From NCBI GenBank assembly GCA_007693325.1, contig REDW01000116.1:3609-67608 (forward strand): a stretch of 64,000 nucleotides of DNA. Direction: 5' to 3'. Positions 8,931 through 17,123 of this stretch are shown piece after piece. A program made the position numbers and the translations under genes. The notes beneath the pieces are model-generated. The model did not search any database, was not told the origin of the DNA, and saw nothing but the letters and a program-made list of their open reading frames with translations. This stretch comes from Spirochaetaceae bacterium. Its GTDB lineage: Bacteria > Spirochaetota > Spirochaetia > DSM-27196 > PWMO01. The first letter of the stretch is position 1; every line of letters starts with the position of its first letter.

Positions 8931-9920
8931 ATGCAGCGTAGCGATCACAATTGGCGCGACTCGTTGGTGAGTCTGACCGAGAAGGTGCTGACGTGGCGTA
9001 AGCGGCGAAAGCTTATCCGCCACGAGAAGCAGAAACAGAAGAATCAGATTCTCGACTGGCTCGAAGCCTTTGTCTGGGCGGCGTGTGTTGTACTGCTGAT
9101 TAACCAGTACCTGTTGCAGGCCTACCAGATCCCCTCAGGATCGATGATCGATACCCTGCTGGAGCAGGACCGCATTTTTGTCAACAAGATGATCTACGGC
9201 CCGGAACTGGTTCCCGGCATGTTCAAGACCTCAGGCTTCGCCGATCCGGTACGCAATGAGGTGGTGATTTTCGAGAACCCGTCCTACATCGGCAGGGGAC
9301 CGCTGTTTGACATTCTGCAGCGGGTGATCTACATGGTAACCCTGTCGATGGTCGATATCGATCGCGACGAGTTCGGCAGACCGCGGGCGCATTTCCTGAT
9401 CAAGCGCGCGGTGGGAGTCGATCATGACCGCTTTCGCGCTCGCGACGGGGTGCTCGAGATCCGGCCCCACGGTGAAGCCGAGTGGGTCGATGAGACCACC
9501 TTCCAGCAGCGCGCCGCTATCGATTATCCTGTCCGCCGCATGATCGATGCCGAGGATTACCAGCTGTTCAGCGAGGCCGGCCGTGCGGTTGGGCTGCAGG
9601 ACTTGAATATCGAGGCGGATGGCGACGGGGCTGCCGCAATCCGTCGGCTGCAGGGCTACAGTTTTCCCGACGCCTACCACATCGACAGCGTGCGCACCAG
9701 CACCGTTTACTCGGCGCAGCCCCACAATCGCAGGCTGGCAGCGCGTAACGCTATCTTTGAGCTAGGCTGGTATGTGCCCGAGGACCGCATGCTGTTGCTC
9801 GGCGACAATCGGGACAACTCGCGCGACGGGCGCCATTTCGGCCCGGTGCATACCAACCGGGTGCTCGGCCGCGCGATGTTCCGCTACTGGCCACCGCGAC
9901 GCATCGGACGGATTCGTTAG
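8931..9920 (+). CDS. lepB: Signal peptidase I (long form)
   Basis: 329 aa. TM then catalytic Ser box IPSGSMIDTL, Lys box FLIKRAVGVDHD, and box E LLLGDNRDNSRDGRHFGPV. Confidence 0.9.
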   Translation: MQRSDHNWRDSLVSLTEKVLTWRKRRKLIRHEKQKQKNQILDWLEAFVWAACVVLLINQYLLQAYQIPSGSMIDTLLEQDRIFVNKMIYGPELVPGMFKTSGFADPVRNEVVIFENPSYIGRGPLFDILQRVIYMVTLSMVDIDRDEFGRPRAHFLIKRAVGVDHDRFRARDGVLEIRPHGEAEWVDETTFQQRAAIDYPVRRMIDAEDYQLFSEAGRAVGLQDLNIEADGDGAAAIRRLQGYSFPDAYHIDSVRTSTVYSAQPHNRRLAARNAIFELGWYVPEDRMLLLGDNRDNSRDGRHFGPVHTNRVLGRAMFRYWPPRRIGRIR

Positions 9921-9923
9921 GCT

Positions 9924-10676
9924 ATGTTCAGGTCGCGTGCATCGCGCAGATACTCACTCTACCACGATCGTTCACGCGGTCGGCGGCCGTTACGCCTGCT
10001 GCGTTTTGTGCTGCTGCTGTTTGTTGTGTACCAGCTCCTCAATTCGTTGCTGCTCAGTTCGTACCGTATCGACAGCAGCTCCATGTCACCGACCTTTGCC
10101 GTATCCGAACGCGTGCTGGCCAGCCCCGTTGGCTACGGTGCGCGGATTCCGCTGGTGCCGTGGCAGACTCCGGTGCTGCGTGAACCGCAGCGCGGTGACA
10201 TCGTGGTAGTTGCATCTCCCTACCATCAGCCGCCCGCTACGCTGCTGCGGCTGGCCGATCCGCTGCTGCGCTTCTTTACGCTGAATCGATTGAGCCTGGT
10301 TGCCGTGAGCGGCGCCGGATGGGACAATCCCTACATCGTCAAGCGTATTGTGGGACTGCCCGGTGACACGCTGGAAATGCGCGGTTCGGTTGCCCGGGTT
10401 ACACCGGCCGGCAGCGCACAGTCCACCAGTGAGCACGCGTTATCCACTGTGCGCTACGATCTCGAACTGCTTGATGTTCCAGCCGCTGACGGCGCGCTGT
10501 TCTTCAGCCATAGCCCACCGCTGACCCTTGGCCGCGGTGAGTACTTTGTGCTGGGAGATAACCGCACGGCTTCGATAGATTCGCGTCACTTTGGCCCGGT
10601 GACTCGCGACCGCTTGCGGCAGCGGGTTGTCCTGCGCTTCTGGCCGTTACAGCGTTTTGGCGTTAGCGGCAACTGA
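9924..10676 (+). CDS. lepB: Signal peptidase I (second paralogue)
   Basis: 250 aa. SSSMSPTF Ser box, YIVKRIVGLPGDTL Lys box, VLGDNRTASIDSRHFGPV. Confidence 0.85.
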   Translation: MFRSRASRRYSLYHDRSRGRRPLRLLRFVLLLFVVYQLLNSLLLSSYRIDSSSMSPTFAVSERVLASPVGYGARIPLVPWQTPVLREPQRGDIVVVASPYHQPPATLLRLADPLLRFFTLNRLSLVAVSGAGWDNPYIVKRIVGLPGDTLEMRGSVARVTPAGSAQSTSEHALSTVRYDLELLDVPAADGALFFSHSPPLTLGRGEYFVLGDNRTASIDSRHFGPVTRDRLRQRVVLRFWPLQRFGVSGN

Positions 10677-11856
10677 GCAGCACCACTGCGGCCACAGCGG
10701 CGCTATCGGTGTCTACGTTCACGTTCCCTGGTGCCGCGCCAAGTGCGACTACTGCGCCTTTGTGTCGCAGCCGATCTACGATGCGCGGCTCGTCGAAGCA
10801 GTGGTTGAGCACAGCGTTGTGCTGCTGCAGCGGCGTCTTCGGTTGTGCGGTAACCCGCGTGTTGATACGGTCTATGTCGGCGGCGGCACACCTACCGTTC
10901 TATCTGCCGCGCTGCTGCAGCGTCTATTAGGCGGTATAGCGGCCTGCGTTGGCCCGCGGGTCAGGGAGTGGACCGTAGAAGCAAACCCCGATAACGTTAC
11001 AGACTTGCCGCTGGGCTGCCTCGCGCACTGCGGCGTTACCCGTCTGAGCATCGGTATTCAGAGTTTCCAGCCGCGCCTGCTGCACGTGCTGGGACGCAGT
11101 TGCCGCACTGTTGACCCTGATCGCGCGCTGTCTGCGCTGGCCTGCCGCTGGAGCGGTCAATGGTCGCTCGATCTGATCAGCGGGATTGTGGATCAAAGTG
11201 TGCTCGAGGCCACCGACGACGTCGAGCGCGCCGTGGGGTACGGTCCGCCCCACATCAGTCTCTACGACCTGACAATTGAGCCTGGTACGCCGCTGGCGCG
11301 ACGTCTGGGCAGACCTGCGGTATCCGCGTTTGTCAACCGTGCTGCGCTGACCAGCGCCACGGCAGCCGGTGTGCTGCAGCGCTGTGGTTACCGGCGCTAC
11401 GAAGTCTCCAGCTACGCCCGAGCGGGGGCCGAGAGTCTGCATAACGGCGGCTACTGGGCCATGCGCGATTTCATCGGCGTTGGACCTTCGGCGGTTTCCG
11501 CGCTCAGCCGCGCCGATGGAACGGTTGTGCGCTACTGTGATCCATCGGATATACCCGCGTTTCTGTTGCTCGGGCGCAACGGCGGTTGCTGGGGTAGAGC
11601 AGAACGTGTCAATCGGCGCTCGCTGATCCTGGAGCGCGCAATGCTCGGATTGCGTAGCGCCGCCGGTGTATCGCCGGCAGAGATTACCGGGCAGCTGGAC
11701 CGCGCGGGCGCGGCCGCTGTGCGGCAGCTGCTGCAGCGCTGGGCTGCCCGCGGTGACGCGCGTTTGACTGCAACGCGCCTGACAATGACCACCGGCGGCT
11801 GGCAACGCCTCGACTTCTGTCTGCGCGAGCTGGCTGCGCTAATCGGGCTATCTTGA
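10627..11856 (+). CDS. hemW: Radical SAM family haem chaperone HemW / oxygen-independent coproporphyrinogen oxidase-like
   Basis: Radical SAM cluster motif VHVPWCRAKCDYCAF near the N-terminus. ~400 aa HemN-like length. Only TTG starts are available (10627 or 10657), both overlapping lepB2. Confidence 0.85.
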   Translation: MSCASGRYSVLALAATEQHHCGHSGAIGVYVHVPWCRAKCDYCAFVSQPIYDARLVEAVVEHSVVLLQRRLRLCGNPRVDTVYVGGGTPTVLSAALLQRLLGGIAACVGPRVREWTVEANPDNVTDLPLGCLAHCGVTRLSIGIQSFQPRLLHVLGRSCRTVDPDRALSALACRWSGQWSLDLISGIVDQSVLEATDDVERAVGYGPPHISLYDLTIEPGTPLARRLGRPAVSAFVNRAALTSATAAGVLQRCGYRRYEVSSYARAGAESLHNGGYWAMRDFIGVGPSAVSALSRADGTVVRYCDPSDIPAFLLLGRNGGCWGRAERVNRRSLILERAMLGLRSAAGVSPAEITGQLDRAGAAAVRQLLQRWAARGDARLTATRLTMTTGGWQRLDFCLRELAALIGLS

Positions 11857-11921
11857 CAGCGCTTGTGCGCCGGTGGTAGCGTAAGCGGCATACTATTCGG
11901 AGTTGATCAGAGAGGCAGTTC

Positions 11922-12665
11922 ATGTCAGGCCACAGCAAATGGGCGACAATTCGGCACAAAAAAGGTGCACAGGACGCAAAGCGCGGTAAGATCTTTACCA
12001 AGCTGATCAAGGAAATCACGGTTTCCGCCAGGCTCGGCGGAGGCGATATAGACGCCAATCCGCGGCTGCGCACGGCGGTGTTGAAAGCCAAGACCGCCAA
12101 TATGCCCAAGGACAACGTCGAACGGGCAATCAAGAAGGGAACCGGCGAGCTGGAAGGGGTCGATTACCTCGAGATCACCTACGAGGGCTACGGCCCCGGC
12201 GGGGTGGCAATCATGGTTGACGCGCTGACCGATAACAAGAACCGCACCGCCGCCGATGTACGCAGCATCTTCGCCAAGGGCGGTGGCAACCTCGGCGAGA
12301 CCGGCTGTGTCAATTACCTGTTCCAGCGCCGGGGCGTAATCAGCTATTCGGCAGAGAGCTATAGCGAGGACCAGATCCTCGAGCAGGCGCTCGAGGCCGG
12401 GGCCGATGACGTTGTCACCCAGGGGGATGCAATCGAGGTGACCTGCGCCCCGGATGATTTTCACGCCGTGGTCAGCGCCATGGAGGCCGCCGGGTTTGAG
12501 CATCTGGATGCCTCACTGACGATGCTACCCGATGCAACGGTATCGCTTGACGCCGACGGAACTCAGAAGGCGCTGAAGATGATCGAGACTCTCGATGACC
12601 ACGATGACGTGCAGGAGGTGTACACAAACCTCGAGATTCCCGATGATTTCGACGGGCAGACATGA
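11922..12665 (+). CDS. yebC: YebC/PmpR family DNA-binding transcriptional regulator
   Basis: MSGHSKWATIRHKKGAQDAKRGKIFTKLIKEI is the canonical family N-terminus. 247 aa. Confidence 0.95.
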   Translation: MSGHSKWATIRHKKGAQDAKRGKIFTKLIKEITVSARLGGGDIDANPRLRTAVLKAKTANMPKDNVERAIKKGTGELEGVDYLEITYEGYGPGGVAIMVDALTDNKNRTAADVRSIFAKGGGNLGETGCVNYLFQRRGVISYSAESYSEDQILEQALEAGADDVVTQGDAIEVTCAPDDFHAVVSAMEAAGFEHLDASLTMLPDATVSLDADGTQKALKMIETLDDHDDVQEVYTNLEIPDDFDGQT

Positions 12666-13168
12666 GGATAATACTGGGGATTGACCCAGGACTGGCGCAA
12701 ACCGGCTACGGCCTGATCGCGGTTCAACGCAATCGGTTTCGCCATCTCAGTCACGGCGTGATCAGCACGGCCGCCGGAGAGAGCGCCGGATGGCGGCTGC
12801 ATCAGCTGTATCAGCAACTGGGCGAGCTGCTCGACCGGTTTCAGCCTTCACAGGCGGGCGTCGAAAGCCTCTATTTTGCGCGTAACGTGAGCAGCGCCAT
12901 TCCGGTGGCGCAGGCGCGCGGCGTAGTGCTGTTGCTGCTGCAGCAACGCGGCATAACCGCCGCCGAGTATCCGCCGCAGGCCATCAAGCAGGCGATTGTC
13001 GGTCAGGGACGCGCCGAGAAACACCAGGTGCAGGATCTGGTGCGCGTGCTTCTCGGAATGAGCGAGATTCCCCGGCCCGATCACGCCGCCGATGCGCTGG
13101 CGGCAGCCATCTGCCATCATAACAGCGGTGACGTTGCCGCGCGAGTGGCTGCTGCACTGGACCGCTGA
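12662..13168 (+). CDS. ruvC: Crossover junction endodeoxyribonuclease RuvC
   Basis: MRIILGIDPGLAQTGYG, VESLYF, HAADALAAAICH. ATGA overlap with yebC. Confidence 0.95.
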   Translation: MRIILGIDPGLAQTGYGLIAVQRNRFRHLSHGVISTAAGESAGWRLHQLYQQLGELLDRFQPSQAGVESLYFARNVSSAIPVAQARGVVLLLLQQRGITAAEYPPQAIKQAIVGQGRAEKHQVQDLVRVLLGMSEIPRPDHAADALAAAICHHNSGDVAARVAAALDR

Positions 13169-13179
13169 GGGAGGATTGG

Positions 13180-13782
13180 GTGTTCAACAGTCTGACTGGC
13201 CGTCTGAGTGAGACTACCGCGTACGGTGTGCGTATTGAAACCTCCGGCGTTGAGTGGGATCTTGAGACCTCGGCCCAGACTATCGCCAAGCTGGCGCGCA
13301 GCCAGCAAGCGGTACGCGTCTACACCTACCTGCATCACCGTGAAGACGTGATGCGGCTGTACGGGTTCTACTCTGTGCCCGAGCGCGCGCTGTTTCTGGA
13401 ACTGATAAGAGTCAGCGGCGTCGGGCCCAAGCAGGCACTGCGCATTCTCTCCGGTGCCGGGATCGAGCGCTTGCCGCTGATTCTGGAAACCGGCGATGTA
13501 GACGCTCTTGCCGCCTTGCCCGGTCTTGGGCGCAAGACCGCGCAGAAGATCCTGGTGACACTGCAGGGAACGCTCAATCTGCAAGACGGTGTTCCAGGCG
13601 GCGTAGCGGGCGGCGAGATCGTAGCCGCTCTGGTGGATATGGGGTTTGATCGCAAAGCGGCACAGAGCGCCGCAGCGGCGGCAGAGAAAGCCGTGGACCA
13701 CGACGGGATCGAGACCGATCGGCGTGAAGCCGAAATTCTGCGCCGCGCAATCATAACCCTCAGCGGCGGCGATGCACTATGA
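13180..13782 (+). CDS. ruvA: Holliday junction branch migration complex subunit RuvA
   Basis: GTG start after [42 protein letters not shown] (HhH region). Confidence 0.9.
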   Translation: MFNSLTGRLSETTAYGVRIETSGVEWDLETSAQTIAKLARSQQAVRVYTYLHHREDVMRLYGFYSVPERALFLELIRVSGVGPKQALRILSGAGIERLPLILETGDVDALAALPGLGRKTAQKILVTLQGTLNLQDGVPGGVAGGEIVAALVDMGFDRKAAQSAAAAAEKAVDHDGIETDRREAEILRRAIITLSGGDAL

Positions 13783-14822
13783 ACGAACCAGGTCTGCTGC
13801 ACCCCGAGATACCCGATGACGACGGCGTGGAACAGCGTCTGCGGCCCTCGCGGCTGAACGAGTTCCAGGGGCAGGATGCGGTCAAGAAGAATCTGGAAGT
13901 CTTCATCACTGCCGCACGTAATCGCGGTGATGCTCTGGATCACGTGTTCCTCAGCGGACCGCCGGGCCTCGGCAAGACCACTCTGGCCGGAATCATGGCG
14001 CAGGAGATGGGGGTTGATTTCAAAGTCACCGCCGCCCCGGCGCTGGAGAAACCCAAGGACCTCGCCGGCATCCTGACTACGGTGAGCGAGAAAACCGTCT
14101 TCTTCATCGATGAGATCCACCGTCTCAAGCCGGCCATCGAAGAGATGCTCTACATCGCAATGGAGGACTATCAGCTGGACTGGATTATCGGCCAGGGCCC
14201 GTCGGCGCGCACGGTGCGGATTCCAATTCCACCGTTCACGCTGATTGGCGCTACCACCAAGGCCGGCCTGGTGGCAGGACCGCTGTACAGCCGTTTTGGC
14301 ATCCCGGTGCGGCTTGACTTCTACACCCTGGAAGACATTCGCAAGATTATCTGTCGCTCGGCGGCAATTCTGGACGTCGAACTGGATTCGGCTGCGGTAG
14401 CGATCCTTGCGCGCTGCTCGCGCGGTACGCCGCGGGTTGCCAACCGGTTGCTGCGGCGCGTGCGTGACTTTGCCCAGGTACTCGGTGACGGGCGGATCAA
14501 CCAGGCAGTAGTCGAAGAGAGCATGCAGCGCCTCGAAATTGACGATTACGGACTGGAGCAGCACGACAGGCGCATCCTGGCGACCATCATCGGCACCTAC
14601 AGCGGCGGGCCGGTGGGCGCCGAGACGCTGGCAATATCGGTTGGCGAGGCAATCGACACACTGGAAGACTTCTACGAACCCTACCTGATCCAGCGAGGAT
14701 TCCTGATGCGGACACCGCGCGGCCGCGTTGCCACCGCGCTGGCCTACCAGCATCTGGGGCTACCGGGAGCACCGCCGGAGAACGATGAAGACCAGGGACT
14801 TCTCTTTCGAAATTCCCAGTGA
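13779..14822 (+). CDS. ruvB: Holliday junction DNA helicase RuvB
   Basis: [12 protein letters not shown], Walker [12 protein letters not shown], Walker B FIDEIHRL, sensor [19 protein letters not shown]. Confidence 0.97.
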   Translation: MNEPGLLHPEIPDDDGVEQRLRPSRLNEFQGQDAVKKNLEVFITAARNRGDALDHVFLSGPPGLGKTTLAGIMAQEMGVDFKVTAAPALEKPKDLAGILTTVSEKTVFFIDEIHRLKPAIEEMLYIAMEDYQLDWIIGQGPSARTVRIPIPPFTLIGATTKAGLVAGPLYSRFGIPVRLDFYTLEDIRKIICRSAAILDVELDSAAVAILARCSRGTPRVANRLLRRVRDFAQVLGDGRINQAVVEESMQRLEIDDYGLEQHDRRILATIIGTYSGGPVGAETLAISVGEAIDTLEDFYEPYLIQRGFLMRTPRGRVATALAYQHLGLPGAPPENDEDQGLLFRNSQ

Positions 14823-15813
14823 GCTGATTGCGCAGCAGCCGGCGCCGCGGCGCGAGCAGGCGCGTCTGCTCTGCCTGCCGCGCGGCGGTGGTCCGCTGCG
14901 CGACCGCCACGTGTTCGACCTGCCCGAGCTGTTGCCCGCTGATGCGCTGATGGTGTTCAACAACACGCGCGTGCGGCCGTGCCGCCTGCTCGGGCGCTCT
15001 GCCTCCGGCGCGCAGGTGGAACTGTTGCTGCTGCAAGCGTGCGACCGGCTCGGACTCGAATGGAGCGTTATGGCGGGACCGGCGCGACGCGCCAGACCCG
15101 GCGCGGTGATCGAGTTGCCCGACGCGCTGAACGGCGAGGTCATCGCGCGCGAGCAGGAGATCCAGCACGTGCGCTTCTCACGTGCGGTTGATGAGCGCTA
15201 TCTGGAGGCCCACGGGCACGTTCCGCTGCCACCGTATATCCGCCGCGGCGACACTTCGGCGGACCGGCAGCGCTACCAGACCGTGTTCGCCGAGCGCTAC
15301 GGCTCGGCGGCGGCGCCAACTGCCGGGCTGCACTTCACGCCGCAGCTGCTGCAGCGCATCGATCAGCGCGGCATCGAACGCTGCTTTGTGACGCTGCACG
15401 TGGGTTTGGGCACCTTTGGGCCCATGCGCAGTGAGAACGTGGTCGAGCACCGCATGCATCGCGAACGCTACTCGGTTCCCGCTGCCAGCGCCGCGGCGGT
15501 CACGCGTGCCAAGCGTGCCGGACGCCCGATTATAGCGGTTGGCACAACCTCGGTACGTACGCTCGAGAGCGCCTGGTCCAGCTCCGCAGAACTCGCTGCC
15601 GGCGACGGTGAGACCGGGCTGTTCATCTATCCGGGATTTCGTTTTCAGGTTGTCGACGAAATGATCACAAATTTCCACACACCCGAATCATCGCTGCTGG
15701 TTATGGTTGCGGCGTTCGCCGGCCGCGAGGCGATTCTGAGGGCCTACCGTCACGCGGTTGGCGAGCGCTACCGCTTTTTTTCCTACGGTGACGCGATGTA
15801 CCTGCATCAGTAG
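14785..15813 (+). CDS. queA: tRNA preQ1(34) S-adenosylmethionine ribosyltransferase-isomerase QueA
   Basis: [68 protein letters not shown]. The ATG at 14785 overlaps the ruvB 3' end by 38 nt. The ORF-track start at 14728 is rejected. Confidence 0.95.
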   Translation: MKTRDFSFEIPSELIAQQPAPRREQARLLCLPRGGGPLRDRHVFDLPELLPADALMVFNNTRVRPCRLLGRSASGAQVELLLLQACDRLGLEWSVMAGPARRARPGAVIELPDALNGEVIAREQEIQHVRFSRAVDERYLEAHGHVPLPPYIRRGDTSADRQRYQTVFAERYGSAAAPTAGLHFTPQLLQRIDQRGIERCFVTLHVGLGTFGPMRSENVVEHRMHRERYSVPAASAAAVTRAKRAGRPIIAVGTTSVRTLESAWSSSAELAAGDGETGLFIYPGFRFQVVDEMITNFHTPESSLLVMVAAFAGREAILRAYRHAVGERYRFFSYGDAMYLHQ

Positions 15814-16406
15814 GTGAAGCGGTCCATCTCCAGGAAGGTACGCCGCACGTCCTGCAGACGGTCGAGATGACGGCCGATGATCGCTTCGTAATCCAGCGTT
15901 CCGGTCTCGATGCGGTGATTCTCGTCCTGCCAGTACTGGATCTGGGTCAACTGCAGGCGGCGCAGTTCCCACGCACGTGCCGACCACTCGAGCGCTTCAT
16001 CCCAGTAGTACAGCGCGGCACGGAAGAGTGACTCTGCGGTCTCCAGGCTCTCGAGATTCTGGCGCTGCCACGGGTAGTTGAAGAAGTAGGCGTTGAACTT
16101 GTTGTACTTGCTGCCCCAGCGCAGGTGAAGTTCCACCATTTTCAGGTTGACGTGCATCATGAACAGGTAGCGGTAGCGTTCCCAGTGAGCCGCGTCCTCG
16201 ATGCGCGCCAGGGCAAACAGCGGGTTGGCAAAGTCGGCTGCCAGGGCGCGTTCGAGCCAGTAGACATTTTCTGCTATACGCTCAGGATACTGATAGAAAT
16301 TCTCGCGGTAGAGGCGATAGAACTGTTCCTTGTAGAGGATGCGGTACGAGTAGAGCGGTGCCGTCAGCACGGTAATCAGTACAATCAGCGTTACTGCCCG
16401 TTTCAT
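15807..16406 (-). CDS. Hypothetical exported protein, aromatic-rich
   Basis: 199 aa. N-terminal signal/anchor MKRAVTLIVLITVLTAPLYS. Very rich in W/Y/F. No domain recognised. Starts 6 nt after the tmk stop, and its 3' end overlaps the queA 3' end by 7 nt. Confidence 0.6.
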   Translation of the reverse strand: MKRAVTLIVLITVLTAPLYSYRILYKEQFYRLYRENFYQYPERIAENVYWLERALAADFANPLFALARIEDAAHWERYRYLFMMHVNLKMVELHLRWGSKYNKFNAYFFNYPWQRQNLESLETAESLFRAALYYWDEALEWSARAWELRRLQLTQIQYWQDENHRIETGTLDYEAIIGRHLDRLQDVRRTFLEMDRFTY

Positions 16407-16412
16407 CCCTTT

Positions 16413-17033
16413 CTATATCGGCTGGAATCCCAGTGCGCTGCATACCTCGGCGGCAATCGTGTCTGCGGGTTGGTTTCCGTCGATGCGCACGATCCGCATC
16501 CGCTGTTCAGCAGCAAAATCGGCCAGAATTGCGTTGTATCGCGTGTGGACCCGCCGCTGGAAGTCGAGACTGTCGAAGAGTTCTTGCTGGTTACGCTCGG
16601 CGCGCCTCGTGGCGCACGTCAGCGGGTCAACATCGACGTAGATCAGCCAGGCGGGCAGAGGGAACGCAGCGTTGAGGGTGGCAACAAAGCCGGGATCGGT
16701 TTCAACTGCCTGATAGGCGAGCGAGGAGAACAGGTAGCGATCACAGATGACCCATGACGTGCGCAGGCGCTCGCAGATTCCGTGCTCGCGCGCGAAGAGG
16801 TGTTCGTTGCGGTCGGCAGCGAAGAGGTAGGCCAGGGTATCGGCTTCGAGAACCTGCTCGCGGCGCAGCGCGGCGCGTATCAGGCGTCCGACGGCTCCCT
16901 CGCTTGGTTCTGCGGTTGCCCAGACCGATTGACCGGCGTGCTGCATCGTCTGCTGCAGCAACCTGGCCTGAGTTGTAGTTCCCGCACCGTCCAGTCCTTC
17001 AAAAACAACAAAACGTTCCAATACTTTGCGCAT
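16413..17033 (-). CDS. tmk: Thymidylate kinase homologue with atypical P-loop
   Basis: From ATG 17033: FVVFEGLDGAGTTTQ (P-loop with Thr where Lys is expected), TAEPSEGAVG, VICDRYLFSSLAYQ, Arg-rich lid ATRRAERN. The ORF-track N-terminal extension to 17156 is rejected. Confidence 0.8.
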   Translation of the reverse strand: MRKVLERFVVFEGLDGAGTTTQARLLQQTMQHAGQSVWATAEPSEGAVGRLIRAALRREQVLEADTLAYLFAADRNEHLFAREHGICERLRTSWVICDRYLFSSLAYQAVETDPGFVATLNAAFPLPAWLIYVDVDPLTCATRRAERNQQELFDSLDFQRRVHTRYNAILADFAAEQRMRIVRIDGNQPADTIAAEVCSALGFQPI

Positions 17034-17123
17034 GGCGTGCTTCCCCGATGCTGCGGCGTGCTTTTTTTCCGCCTCGCGTTGTGATACTATAGTATTGACT
17101 GAAGATCGGGAATAGATGACTCC

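Noticed and set aside
10440-10448. TTATCCACT, a near-consensus DnaA box.
   Set aside because: It is a single copy inside the lepB2 coding sequence. There is no cluster of boxes, AT-rich unwinding element or dnaA/dnaN nearby, so it is not an origin.
13368-14753. 461 aa ORF antisense to ruvA/ruvB. Similar long antisense ORFs occur at 2578..3621, 10927..11805, 17814..19118, 21520..22614, 30465..31871, 32331..33698 and 37636..38553.
   Set aside because: Each lies fully opposite a gene with unmistakable conserved motifs (RuvB, ThDP enzyme, HemW, TamB, BamA, NusA, IF-2, PNPase). Their translations are Arg/Ala/Pro/Gly-rich and low-complexity, typical of shadow ORFs in GC-rich DNA. None has an RBS or a recognisable domain.
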